Source: Styela clava
Taxonomy: Eukaryota
DNA length: 64,000 bases
Direction of reading: 5' to 3'
NCBI RefSeq assembly: GCF_964204865.1
Contig: NC_135259.1
Coordinates: 8,928,001-8,992,000, forward strand
Shown here: one piece after another, positions 50,969 to 64,000 of the stretch
Layout of the letters: each line of letters opens with the position of its first letter
How positions within the stretch are numbered: the stretch's first letter is position 1
Notes under the pieces: generated by a model
Database searches by the model: none
What the model was told of the DNA's origin: nothing
Seen by the model: the letters and a program-made list of their open reading frames with translations, nothing else
Position numbers and translations under genes: made by a program

Positions 50969-52814
50969 ATGGCAAGCTTGGAGCTTTACATCAAGGTAAG
51001 CTAAGGAAATAGTATAAGACCATAAGAAACATGAATTACGTACATTATAGTAATTGACGGTTTCATACGGGAATGATCGTATTCTAAAGAATTACTTTTT
51101 GTAAACTTACCTATACTTGTGACCGATATTCATCCGTAGGCTTAATATGACGACGAAACAATATGCTTATAACAGACTTTAGTAAATGGCCAGATGATAT
51201 ATTATGTAAATTTTCGTATAATATGGTTGTATTGATACATGATATATTTTTGTGTCCCATCATATTTTTAAGTAATGAGTATATGTAGGTTTAAATATAA
51301 AAGTCTAACGAGGTTTTTGTTTTTTTAGATTGTTGCATTATGCTCTGTCTGTCTTATCAGCGTATCTTCATTTGACCCTGGGTAAGTGTTTAGTGATGTT
51401 CGCCAATTTTTCGTAATATAGTTATCGGCGTTTTAGGATAGATTGGATTATTAAACTATTATCTAGTATTAATGTATTTATTAAATATCATACATTGTAT
51501 AATTTAGGGTAGAATTAATTCTGACTAGTGCGGTGCTGAAGGATTTAAAAAAAAAATATTTATTTTGTTAAAAAATAACTTTCATACAGAATTTTAGAAT
51601 GGTATATTTGCTTATTTATTTGTATAAAATATACTCTTCAACAAAATCGTACGGTTCTTTAATAAATAATATCTTTATCTTATAGCTCCGAGTTTATAAG
51701 AACTCACAGTTGCAAAGTCAATAAAACAGAAACAGTAGATGATGGATTTGCTTCTTATTACTTGCATGAGTGAGTATCGAGTACATATTTTCAACTTTAC
51801 GAGAGAGTATAAAAAATGAGTCTGAATGTCCTAAGTGCTTTGATTTATTTATTTGCTTTATTACAAAGCTATAGTAATATTATTATTTCTGCTGAGTAAT
51901 ACCACTCAGCAGATTAATATAATTTTAGCTAGACACAGATTCCACATGTTTGTCGCAAAGAGCAATACTTATTTATATTTTGCTTGGAGAATAAACTAGC
52001 TAATTTATACTTCCCTCCCTTTATAAAACCTTGCAAAATTTTACGATTCATTCATCTACGATATCCGTATTTTCAGGGTTAATTGTATAAACTTAGAGCC
52101 AAGTTCTTTCCCAAGCGCCATATGTTCATCCACAAGATGTCGCGAACCTATAAATGGAAAACCTTTGTCTGGCAAAAGATACGAACCAAAAGAAGTATTG
52201 TTTAAACTACACTTTGACAGTCGTCTAAATGGCAAATTCACAAAATCAATAGCAATTGCATGCAGGTATGTTTTTTTATCATATTTTATTGCAATATTTA
52301 AATTACAATGGCCCTTTTCAACATAATTAGTATAAATTTGAAATCCCTAAAATACTAAAAATGCTGACTAACATAAGAAATTGGTGTAATATTTAACGTC
52401 TCAATAAAACAAAAGTTGGGCAGCTATATATTGATAAACACAAGACTGAAAAGTAAACCATAATTTTCATTCTTAAGATCATTCTTAATATGATTTCGTT
52501 TATTTTTTCTATTTTCAGTCAACTAATCAAAGTTAATTTAGATTTCAAAAGAGTATGTTATATTAAAGATGTATGATAATTCCTCTTCGCCTTATTAATT
52601 AGAAATAGATCATACAATACCTTTTATGGCATTATAAATAATGAAATTTCAAACTAGAAAAGTGATCCAACATTTAATATTTTACTTTAGATGTGTCAAA
52701 ATCGAAATATTGACTAAACGGCGAAAAGGAGGACGGGGCCGAAAAAGAGGAAAAGGCAAAAACAAGAAATCTCGTCGAGGAAAAAATGCGAGAAAAGCTC
52801 ACACAGACTCATAA
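50969..52814 (+). CDS. IL-17-like cytokine, copy 4 (intact, divergent tail)
   Basis: MASLELYIK, FDPGSEFIRTHSC, KSIAIACRCV, tail KIEILTKRRKGGRGRKRGKGKNKKSRRGKNARKAHTDS*. Confidence 0.8.
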
Positions 52815-55800
52815 TGCTTCATTGCCGAACTGTTTTGACGTGATTGAAATTGAAAATGTTTTGTTAGCTATTATTTATATATTATTTATCTAGTTTTTCA
52901 TGATTTCGTTTAAAAGGTAAAAATATTTGAAGCTGACTTTTGTTTTCTTTATATTCATACATATATATGAAATGCAATATTATTTGGGGAATCCAAGTTT
53001 GCTTCAGTGTTAAATTGTATAAAATATTTTCAAAAGTAAAAATATTTATTATATTTTCATGTATTTATTTATCAATTCTATTTATTATTTCCACTGAAAA
53101 TTGTTCCTTCTTTTAAATATTTTTATAATGTTAATCGACCAAATTTATAGTTTTCTATTAATTATTATTTCAACTAGTTTTATTGAAGTCATGGTGCTAA
53201 AATTTACATATTTTAATATATTTGCTATTTTGGTGCTTCTAATAATTTTAAATAAATTACTTTCTGCATAACATGGGCATCTATGATATAGGTGTAGATA
53301 TGAAAAAGTTGAGTGGATAAGTTTATAAACGTTTTTTGAGGGATTTTGCCTATGAGTGAAGTGTGAGCGCGAGTGGAATATTTACCCACATCGATAAGAC
53401 CAATTACATCATGGTCACCACGATAATACTTATTATCTCATGCTTGAGCTGCACTTTCGTTATTTTGTTCTCTCACCTGTCACGGAGAATAACCTCATGC
53501 TTATTACAGACTTCAGTGCAGGAGTCGGAAATCTTTTGTCGCTCGCGTGCCAAAATTAAGGGGTGCGAGTCATTGGCGGGCCGCACATATTTTTAGAAAG
53601 TTGAAAACCGAACGGATGATACGTTTTATAAAAAAAATCAAGCAGTGATACATCTCTCGAATCAAATATTGATTTGTTTCCTCATTGCATCTCAAAAAAT
53701 TGCATAGCATCTCAAAAAAGTCGCTTTGAATATTTTCGGCGCCATTGAACCCTTTGGACTTATCATCAACTTTTCTGCGTTTAGTTGCCATTAATTAAAC
53801 GAGTTCAATAAACGAGTAATTGTGAATTTTAATATAATTTAGGGTACACGTGTCTCACAAAAAATTCTGTTACGTAACATTCTGTTGGTCAAAACAGCTG
53901 TTTTGCTACTATAATTCAGTGAAGTGTCGCGGGCCGGGTTATATTACTCCGCGGGCCGGATCCGGCGTAGGGCCGTAGGTTGCCGACCCCTGCTTTAGTG
54001 AATGTCCATATGATATAAGATGTAAACTTAGATGGTAGTAAATATTTTGTATGATATGGTTGTAATGATACGTGATATATTTTCGTGTCCCATCATATTT
54101 TAGGTAATAAGTAAATGTGAGTGCTAATAGAAAACTTGTTTGTTTGTTTTTAGACTGTCGCATTATGTTGCATCTGTCTTATCAGCGTATCTTCATTTGA
54201 TCCTGAGTAAGAGTTGAGTAATTTCACAGTTATCTTGACGTGTTCTAGTTATCGTAATTTGCTATAAATTCCCCAGAGGTCCTTTAAATGTGCGTTTCAT
54301 TGTCGCACTTCATTAGAGTACCTTTTTTTTAATTATTAACAGATTCACATTGATTTGTTTTTATCATAATATTACAGCATCTGAAGTAATTTTTCATAAA
54401 TGGTATTCGTTAGATTGCTATTTTATTGTAGTATGTTTTCATGTGACTCCTGCTTTAAACAAAAGGTTGTACGTATACGACAAATCTTACATGCTAATGT
54501 CTTTCGTGTTTATGTTCTATCCGCTAGGGAGTCCACGAGAGGCAATTTATGTTTGTTGATAAAATGACATTACATTTTCCCACCGTTCTTTGGCCCTCTA
54601 TTTGATAACTTTCAAATTGGAACGTCTAGGTACCCTTAATGGCTTTAAATGAATTTGGTGGGTGTATTCATTCACTTTTGAATTTTATGCAATGTATTTT
54701 TGAATTTTAAAGTGAAATTGAGATAAAATCACCTTACAGGCAGTAAAAATAGACAGAAAATGGTTCAAATCCACGATAACAAAAGCTACTAAAAAATTTT
54801 TATAGACCAAAGTAAAATTAGCCGTCATTTAATGGTATGACGTGAAATTAGATTTTTTTTTTATAAAACCGGTGTTTGTAGTGTATATGTTCATAATATA
54901 ATATCTCGGTATTAATGTGATAACAAAAATTTGTTCGTAGTTTTCCAAATGCATTTGAGTGGGTTCGACGACGGAGTTCTGCAGTTACATTTCAGGATTA
55001 CCGCAAGTTTACATCTTGAAGTATAATTTTTCACGGGTATAGCAAATGTTATTAAACTTGTATCATTGTGTTTTGACAGTTTCACATTATTAGAGATTGA
55101 TTGTATAAATGTGTAATATATATTTATAGTTTATACAAATTTATATAGCCCTACAGCCTTACAAGTATACTGTAGATAGGTGTGTAAAATAACGTATTGC
55201 AAACTATTGTGTTGGGGTTCCCCAAACGTCCAGAATATTCCATAGAAGTTCCACTCCATCGAAAAGGTAAAAAATGAACCGTCTGTTGATTACATTCAAC
55301 ATCGTTACCCAAACTTATTTTTCCGGAACACCTACGCTTATATCTCGCCTCGCGGAACACCAAAACATAAGAAGGTAATATTGATAATGAAAAAATTGTG
55401 TAATGGATTAACCTTGTGCCTCAACTTGCACAACTGGCTTATCGTGACATCTTTTGAGGTTTACAGTTTTAATCCAACAATTCATTGAAAAGGGTGCTCT
55501 CCAACAAATTTAGCCTATATAATAAAATTAAAAAGTTTACTTCAGCCTTAGCAATTGAAAAACTAGGCCGATAGTTAACGATATTCAACGGTTCACAAAA
55601 ATGTCATGCTTTGCATACTGGCACGAGACCTGTCTACCTGCTTAGATAGCAAGGCCTGTCTGCCTTATGTCGCCAGTTGAAAGACAAATTTACGACCCAG
55701 AGGCGCCGCAGTACGGCCAAGATCGCCATAGCGGTCAATTTAGTTGCAATTTCGATTACTGTTCCGCGGAACACTCCAAAGTAGCTCTCAGAGCAGTAGT

Positions 55801-56881
55801 GTTCCAAGGAACACAGTTTGAGAAACGCTGGACTACAGCTTTTCACAATGAGACTTATTCTCAGCACAATGAAACACCAGGATCGAGTATTAATTAATGT
55901 AAATCATTTTTTGCAGACGAGGACTGGTCATGAATAAGCGAAATCATTGACACTGATTTTGAAAAATGAACTTTAAGAACAGAATATCCGTTAAATGGCG
56001 TGTCCTATGTTTTTATTCATAAATACAATATTGTCCAATGCTTTATTTTAATCCTAAATACCCCACGTGATCTGACGTTGGTACAAGTCTTAACTTTATT
56101 TTTCACAGGTCAACAAGTTTGTCAGTGGTAAAGTACGTTCCATATTCAAATATTTCGTCATATACAATAGCAAATTAGAAATGATGTTATTTTCAAATTC
56201 GGAAATAATTAAATTGTATTTTTCTACTTCGTCCGATAACGTTAGATTTCATCAGAAGCGGTGTATTTGGATTCTTACTTAGATTTTGGAATGTTGTGGC
56301 TATCGTGAAAGGGCTTTACCCCGTCGGTAACTCTGTAATGTTTGCGAAGACCAATCAAATGGCCTTCATCAATAATATCCGCAAACATATATAATCATAT
56401 AAAAATTTCATGATATATTTGTGATCCGTAACTAATAAACCTTACAGATTTTGAAATATTATATTGTACTTTAGCACAGCGAAGAAGAAAATGAACTTTG
56501 TGTATCTCACATGGCGGTAAGAATGGTTACATCATCGTCACCGCAGAAACATTTTACTATCTCCCGATTGCGTTACGCTCTCGTTCTCTCGTTTGTCACG
56601 GGGAATCACCTTTACGGTAAAGCCGTATTTATTTATTCGTCAAATTATCGCTGCTTCAAAATCAATATCTATTCTACATTGCTAACCAAATAGTGCGATT
56701 GGACTGAAAACCCCACTTTAGATTATGTATTATCCGCTAAACTAAATATATGAACGACAAGACAGAATGTTCATCAAAGCAGTTAAACAAGATATTGTAC
56801 GTAGAACGGTATCAGACTACAAGTTTATAATATCGAGATTACTACTCATATTTTTGAAGAAAAAAAGTTTATCAAACCGCT

Positions 56882-58725
56882 ATGGCAAGCTTGAAGCTTT
56901 ACATCAAGGTAAGCTAAGGAAATAATATAAGACCATAAGAAACATGAGTTACGTGCATTATAGTAATTGACGGTTTCATACGGGAATGATCGTATTCTAA
57001 AGAATTACTTTTCGTAAACTTACCTATATTTGTGTCTGATCTTCATCCGTGGGCTTAATATGACGACGGAACAATATGCTTATAACAGACTTTAGTAAAT
57101 GGCCAGATGATATATTATGTAAATTTTTGTATAATATGGTTCTATTGATAGATGATATATTTTTGTGTCCCATCATATTTTTAAGTAATGAGTATATGTA
57201 GGTTTAAATATAAAAGTCTAACGAGGCTTTTGTTTTTTTAGATTGTTGCATTATGCTCTGTCTGTCTTATCAGCGTAACTTCATTTGACCCTGAGTAAGT
57301 GTTAAGTGATGTTCGCTAATTTTTCGTAATATATTTATCGGCGTTTTAAGATAGATTTGATTATTAAACTAATATCTAGTATTAATGTATTAATTAAATG
57401 GCATACATTGTATAATTTAGGGTAGGATTAATTCTGACTAGTGCGTTGCTAAACGTATTGAAAATAAAAATGTTTATTTTGTTAAAAAATAACCTTCATA
57501 CAGAATTTTAGAATGGTATATTTGCTTATTTATTCGTATAAATATTACTCTTTAACAAAATCGTATGACTCATTAACAAATAATATCTTTTCTTATAGCT
57601 CAGAGTTTATAAGAACTCACAACTGCAAAGTCAATAAAACAGAAACAGTAGATGATGGATTTGCTTCTTATTACTTGCATGAGTGAGTATCGAGTATATA
57701 TTTCAACTTTACGAGAGAGTATAAAAATGAGTCTGAATTTCCTACGTGCTTTATTTATTGATCTGTTTTATTACAAAGCTATAGTGATATTCTTATTTCT
57801 GCTGAGTAATACCACTCAGCATATTAATATAATTTTAGCTAGACACAGATTCCACATTTTTGTCGCAAAGAGCAATACTTATTTATATTTTGATTGGAGA
57901 ATAAACCAGCTAATTTATACTTCCCTCCCGTTATAAAACCTTGCAAAATTTTACGATTCATTCATCTACGATATCCGTATTTTCAGGGTCAATTGTATAA
58001 ACTTAGAGCCAAGTTCTTTCCCAAGCGCCATATGTTCATCCACAAGATGTCGCGAACCAATAAATGGAAAACCTTTGTCTGGCAAAAGATACGAACCAAA
58101 AGAAGTATTGTTTAAACTACACTTTGACAGTCGTCTAAATGGCAAATTCACAAAATCACTAACAATTGCATGCAGGTATGTTTTTTTTTATCATATTTTA
58201 TTGCAATATTTAAATTACAATGGCCCTTTTCAACATAATTAGTATAAATTTGAAATCCCTAAAATACTAAAAATGCTGACTAACATAAGAAATTGGTGTA
58301 ATATTTAACCTCTCAATAAAACAAAAGTTGGGCAGCTGTATATTGATAAACAGAAGACTGAAAAGTAAACCATAATTTTTTTTCGACAAAGATCATTCTG
58401 AATATGATTTCGTTTATTTTTTGTATTTTCAGTCAACTAATCAAAGGTAATTTAGATTTCAAAAGGGTATATTATATTGAAGGTGTATGATTCCTCTTCG
58501 CCTTGTTAATTAGAAATAGATCATACAATACCTCTTATGGCATTATAAATAATGAAATTTCAAACTAGAAAAGTGATCCAACATTTAATATTTTACTTTA
58601 GATGTGTCAAAGTCGAAAAATTGACTAAACGGCGAAAAGGAAGACGGGGCCGAAAAGGAGGAAAAGGCAAAGACAAGAAATCTCGTCGAGGAAAAAAAGC
58701 AAGAAAAGCTCATAGAGACTCATAA
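56882..58725 (+). CDS. IL-17-like cytokine, copy 5 (intact, copy-2 type)
   Basis: Five exons intact. Coding sequence matches the copy 2/3 type. Confidence 0.8.
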
Positions 58726-61700
58726 TGCTTCATTGTCGAACTGTTCAGACGTGATTGAATTTGAAAATGTTTTGTTAGCTATTATTTATATATTATTTAT
58801 CTATTTTTTCATGATTTCGTTTAAGGTAAAAATATTTAAAGCTGACTTTTATTCTCACTATATTCATACATATATATGAAATGCAATATTATTTTGGGGA
58901 ATCCAAGTTTGCTTCAGTGTTAAATTGTATAAAATATTTTCAAAAATAATTATATTTTTATGTATTTATTTATCTATTCTATTTATTATTTCCACTGAAA
59001 ATTGTTATTTCTTTTAAATATTTTTATAATGTTAATCGACCAAATTTATAGTTTTCTATTAATTATTATTTCAACTAGTTTTATTGAAGTCATGGTGCAA
59101 AAATTTACATATTTATATATATTTGCTATTTTGGTGCTTCTAATTATTTTAAATAAATTACTTTCTGCATAACATGGGCATCTATGATATAGGTGTAGAT
59201 ATGAAAAAGTTGAGTGGATAAGTTTATAACCGTTTTTTGAGGGATTTTCCTTTTGAGTGAAGTGTGAGCGCGAGTGGAACATTTACCCACATCGGTAAGA
59301 CCGATTACATCATCGTCACCACGATAATACTTATTATCTCATGCTTGAGCTGCGCTTTCTTTATATTGTTCTCTCACCTGTCACGGAGAATAACCTCATG
59401 CTTATTACATACTTTAGTGCAGGAGTCGAAAACCTTTTGTCGCTCGCGTGCCGAAATTGGGGGGTGCGAGTCATTGGCGGGCCTCCCATATTTTTAGAAA
59501 GTTGAAAACCGAACGGATGATACGTTTTATAAAAAAAATCAAGCAGTGATACATCTATCGAATCGAATATTGATTTATTTCCTCATTGCATCTCAAAAAA
59601 GTCCCTTTGAATATTTTCGGCGCCATTGAACCCCTTGGACTTAGCATCAACTTTACTGCGTTTAGTTGCCATTAATTAAACGAGTTCAATAAACGAGTAA
59701 TTGTGAATTTTAATATAATTTAGGGTACACGTGTCTCACAATAAATTCTGTTGCGTAACATTCTGTTTGTCAAAACAGCTGTTTTGCTACTATAAGTGAA
59801 GTGTCGCGGGCCGGGTTATATTACTCCGCGGGCCGGATCCGGCGTAGGGCCGTAGGTTGCCGACCCCTGCTTTATTGAATGTCCATATGATATAAGATGT
59901 AAACTTAGATGGTAGTAAATATTTTGTATGATATGGTTGTAATGATACGTGATATATTTTAGGTAATAAGTAAATGTGAGTGCTAATATAAAACTTAAAC
60001 GTTTTTGCTTTTAGACTGTCGCATTATGTTGCATCTGTCTTATCAGCGTATCTTCATTTGATCCTGAGTAAGTGTTGAGTAATTTCACAGTCATCTTGAC
60101 GTGTTCTAGGTAACGTAATTTGCAATAAATTCTCCAGAGGTCCTTTAAATGTGCGTTTCATTGTCGCACCTTATTAGATTATTATTTTTTTAATTTTAAA
60201 TTTTAAACAGATTCTCATTGATTTGTATCATAATATTACAGCATCTGAAGTAATTTTTCATAAATGGTATTTGTTAGATTGCTGTTTTTATTGTAGTATG
60301 TTTTTATGTGACTCCTGTTTTAAATAACAGGTTGTACGTATACGACGAATCTTACATGCTAATGTCTTTCGTGTTTATGTTCTATCCGCTAGGGAGTACA
60401 CGAGAGGCAATTTATAATTGTTGATAAAATGACATTACATTTTCTCACCGTTCTCTGGCCCTCTATTTGATAACTTTCAAATTGGAACGTCTTGGTCCCC
60501 TAATTGTTTTAAATGAATTTGGTGGGTGTATTCATTCACTTTTGAATTTGATGCAATGTAATTTTGAATTTTAAAGTGAGATTGAGATAAATTCACGTAA
60601 CAAGCAGTAAAAATAGACAGAAAATGATTCAAATCTACAATAACAAAAGCTATTTAATAGACCAAAGTAAAATGAGCCGTCAATTAATGGTATGACGTAA
60701 AATTAGATTTTTTTTTATAAAACCGGCGTTTGTAGTGTATATGTTAATAATATAATATCTCGGTATTAATGTGATAACAAAAATTTGTTCGTAGTTTTCC
60801 AAATGCATTTGAGTGGCTTTGTGAAACTTGGCGTCACATCAATTCAAGATATTTAAATTGTCCAGCGCAATACTCATAAAGGAGAGCAAAAAGATAAAAT
60901 AATTGACATCCAACATTTCCAACACTCTACAGGGGGGTTTTCGACGGAGTTCCGCAGTTACATTTCAGGATTACCGCAAGTTTACATCTCGAAGTATAAT
61001 TTTTCACGGGTATAGCAAATGTTATTAAACTTGTATCATTGTGTTTTGACAGTTTCACATTATTTGAGATTGATTGTATAAATGTGTAATATATATTTAT
61101 ATTTTATACAAATTTATATAGCCCTGCAGCCTTACAAGAAGTATACTGTAGATAGGTGTGTAAAATAACGTATTGCAAACTATTGTATTGGGGTTCCCCA
61201 AACCTCCAGAATATTCCGTCGAAGTTTCACTCCACCGAAAAGGTTAAAAATGACCCGTCTATTGAGTACATTCAACATCGTTTCCCAAACTTATTTTTTT
61301 CCGGAACACCTACGCTTTTATCTCGCCTCGCGGAACACCAAAACATAAGAAGGTAATATTGATAATGAAAGAATTGTGTAATGAATTTACCTTGTGCCTC
61401 AACTTGCACAACTGGCATATCGCGACATCTTTTGAGGTTTTCAGTTTTAATCAAACAATTCATTGAAAAGGGTGCTCTCCAAAAAATTTAGCCTATATGG
61501 TAAAATTAAAAAGTTTACTTCAACCTTAGCAATTGAAAAACTAGGCCGATAGTTAACGATATTCAAAGGTTTACAAAAATGTCATGCTTTGCATACTGGC
61601 ACGAGACCTGTCTACCTGCTTAGATAGCAAGGCCTGTCTGCCTTATGTCGCCAGTTGAAAGACAATTTTACGACCCAGATGCGTCGAAGTACGGCCAAGA

Positions 61701-62861
61701 TCGCCATAGCGGTCAATTTAGTTGCAATTTCGATTACTGTTCCGCGGAACACTCCAAAGTAGCTCTCAGAACAGTAGTGTTCCAAGGAACACAATTTGAG
61801 AAACGCTGGACTACAGCTTTTCACAATGAGACTTATTCTCAGCACAATAAAGCACCAGAATCGAGTATTAATTAATGTAAATCATTTATTGCAGACGAGG
61901 ACTGGTCATGAATAAGCGAAATCATTGACACTGATTTTGAAAAATGAACTTTAAGAACAGAATATCCGTTAAATGGCGTGTCCTATGTTTTTATTCATAA
62001 ATACAATATTGTCCAATGCTTTATTTTAATCCTAAATACTCCACGTGATCTGACGTTGGTACAAGTCTTAATTTTATTTTTCACAGGTCAACAAGTTTGT
62101 CAGTGGTAAAGTACGTTCCATATTCAAATATTTCGTCATATACAATAGCAAATTAGAAATGATGTTATTTTCAAATTCGGAAATAATTAAATTGTATTTT
62201 TCTACTTCGTCCGATAACGTTAGATTTCATCAGAAGCGGTGTATTTGGATTCTTACTTAGATTTTGGAATGTTGTGGCTATCGTGAAAGGGCTTTACCCT
62301 ATCAGTAACTCTGTAATGTTTGCGAAAACCAATCAAATGGCCTTCATCAATAATATCCGCAAACATATATAATCATATAAAAATTTCATGATATATTTGT
62401 GATCCGTAACTAATAAACCTTACAGATTTTGAAATATGATATTGTACTTTAGCACAGCGAAGAAGAAAATGAACTTTGTGTATCTCACTTGGCGGTAAGA
62501 ATGGTTACATCATCGTCACCGCAGAAACATTTTACTATCTCACGATTGAGTTACGCTCTCGTTCTCTCGTTTGTCACGGGGAATCACCTTTACGGTAAAG
62601 CCGTATTTATTTATTCGTCAAATTATCGCTGCTTCAAAATCAATATATCTATTCTACATTGCTAACCAAATAGTGCGATTGGACTGAAAACCCCACTTTA
62701 GATTATGTATTATCCGCTAAACTAAATATATGAACGACAAGACAGAATGTTCATCAAAGCAGTTAAACGAGATATTGTACGTAGAAAGGTATCAGACTAC
62801 AAGTTTATAATATCGAGATTACTACTCATATTTTTGAAGAAAAAAAGTTTATCAAACCGCT

Positions 62862-64000
62862 ATGGCAAGCTTGGAGCTTTACATCAAGGTAATCTAAGGA
62901 AATAATATAAGACCATAAGAAACATGAATTACGTGCATTATAGTAATTGACGGTTTCATACGGGAATGATCGTATTCTAAAGAATTACTTTTTGTAAACT
63001 TACCTATATTTGTGACCGATATTCATCCGTAGGCTCAATATGACGACGGAACAATAAGCTTATAACAGACTTTAGTAAATGGCCAGATGATATATTATGT
63101 AAATTTTCGTATAATATGGTTCTATTGATAGATGATATATTTTTGTGTCCCATCATATTTTTAAGTAATGAGTATATGTAGGTTTAAATATAAAAGTCTA
63201 ACGAGGTTTTTGTTTTTTTAGATTGTTGCATTATGCTCCGTCTGTCTTATCAGCGTATCTTCATTTGACCCTGAGTAAGTGTTTAGTTATGTTCGCCAAT
63301 TTTTCGTAATATATTTATCGGCGTTTTAAGATAGATTGAATTATTAAACTAATATCTAGTATTAATGTATTAATTAAATGTCATACATTGCATAATTTAG
63401 GGTAAAATTAATTCTGACTAGTGCGGTGCTAAAGAATTTAAAAAAAATTATTTATTTTGTTAAAAAATAACATTCATACAGAATTTTGGAATGGTATATA
63501 TGTCTATTTATTCGTATAAATAATACTCTTCATTAAAATCGTACGGTTCTTTAACAAATATTATCTTTTTCCTATAGCTCAGAGTTTATAAGAACTCACA
63601 ACTGCAAAGTCAATAAAACAGAAACAGTAGATGATGGATTTGCTTCTTATTACTTGCATGAGTGAGTACCGAATACATATTTCAACTTTCTAAGACAGTG
63701 TAAAAATGAGTCTGAATTTCCTACGTGCTTTGATTTATTTATCTGTTTTATTACAAAGCTAGTGATATTCTTATTCCGGCTGAGTAATACCACTCGGCAT
63801 TAATATAATTTTAGCTAGACACAGATTCCACATGTTTGTCGCAAAGAGCAATACTTTTTTATATTTTGCTTGGAGAATAAACTAGCTAATTTATACTTCC
63901 CTCCCTTTATAAAACCTTGCAAAATTTTACGATTCATTCATCTACGATATCCGTATTTTCAGGGTTAATTGTATAAACTTAGAGCCAAGTTCTTTCCCAA
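62862..64000 (+). CDS. IL-17-like cytokine, copy 6 (truncated by the window end in exon 4)
   Basis: MASLELYIK exon 1, exons 2-3 intact, exon 4 starts at 63963 (VNCINLEPSSFP). Confidence 0.75.

Larger units (their letters stand above)
30570..64000 (+). repeat. Head-to-tail tandem array of a ~6-kb gene-containing unit (about 5.6 copies visible, continues past the window end)
   Basis: Identical or near-identical ORFs recur (37648/43682/49729/55634/61612; 38525/44559/56511). Gene ATGs at 32862, 38896, 44930, 50969, 56882, 62862. Homology to the unit is recognisable from ~30570 (compare 30581 with 36245). Confidence 0.97.

Noticed and set aside
32862-62862. Copy 1 and copy 6 ATGs are exactly 30,000 bp apart
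   Set aside because: It is the sum of five unequal spacings (6034+6034+6039+5913+5980). The copies differ in sequence and the register drifts by indels, so this is treated as coincidence.
30570-64000. Array as rDNA, a histone cluster, an LTR element or CRISPR
   Set aside because: No rRNA-like GC-rich sequence, histone ORFs, gag/pol or repeat-spacer structure. The unit contains a spliced secreted-protein gene.

Overview
AT-rich, intron-containing animal genomic DNA with GT-AG introns. It looks like an invertebrate chordate or deuterostome, ascidian-like; that taxon call is inference. Manual splicing with phase checks gives six genes in 1-30.3 kb: a secreted Reeler+MAM protein (+), a cyclin-O-like cyclin with a long acidic N-terminus (+), a small secreted prepropeptide (+), two tandem paralogous CCDC34/CCDC181/MAP9-like FxxW-repeat proteins rich in PKA sites (+), and an unidentified basic, AT-hook-like nuclear protein (-). 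From ~30.57 kb to the window end lies a head-to-tail tandem array with a ~6-kb unit (ATG spacings 6034, 6034, 6039, 5913, 5980 bp). Each unit carries a 5-exon gene that the ORF track shows only as fragments. It encodes a 158-aa secreted protein with an IL-17-type cysteine pattern (P-x-x-x-P-x-A-x-C-x4-C-x-x-P...A-C-x-C-V) and a Lys/Arg-rich C-terminal tail in its last exon. Five copies are complete and intact; the sixth is cut by the window edge. The units also carry ATTTA-rich 3' regions, kB-like motifs (one inside a MITE), hAT transposon fragments and an orphan duplicate of the signal-peptide exon. This amplified, diverging IL-17-like array is the most notable system here. All family assignments come from motif recognition, not database searches.
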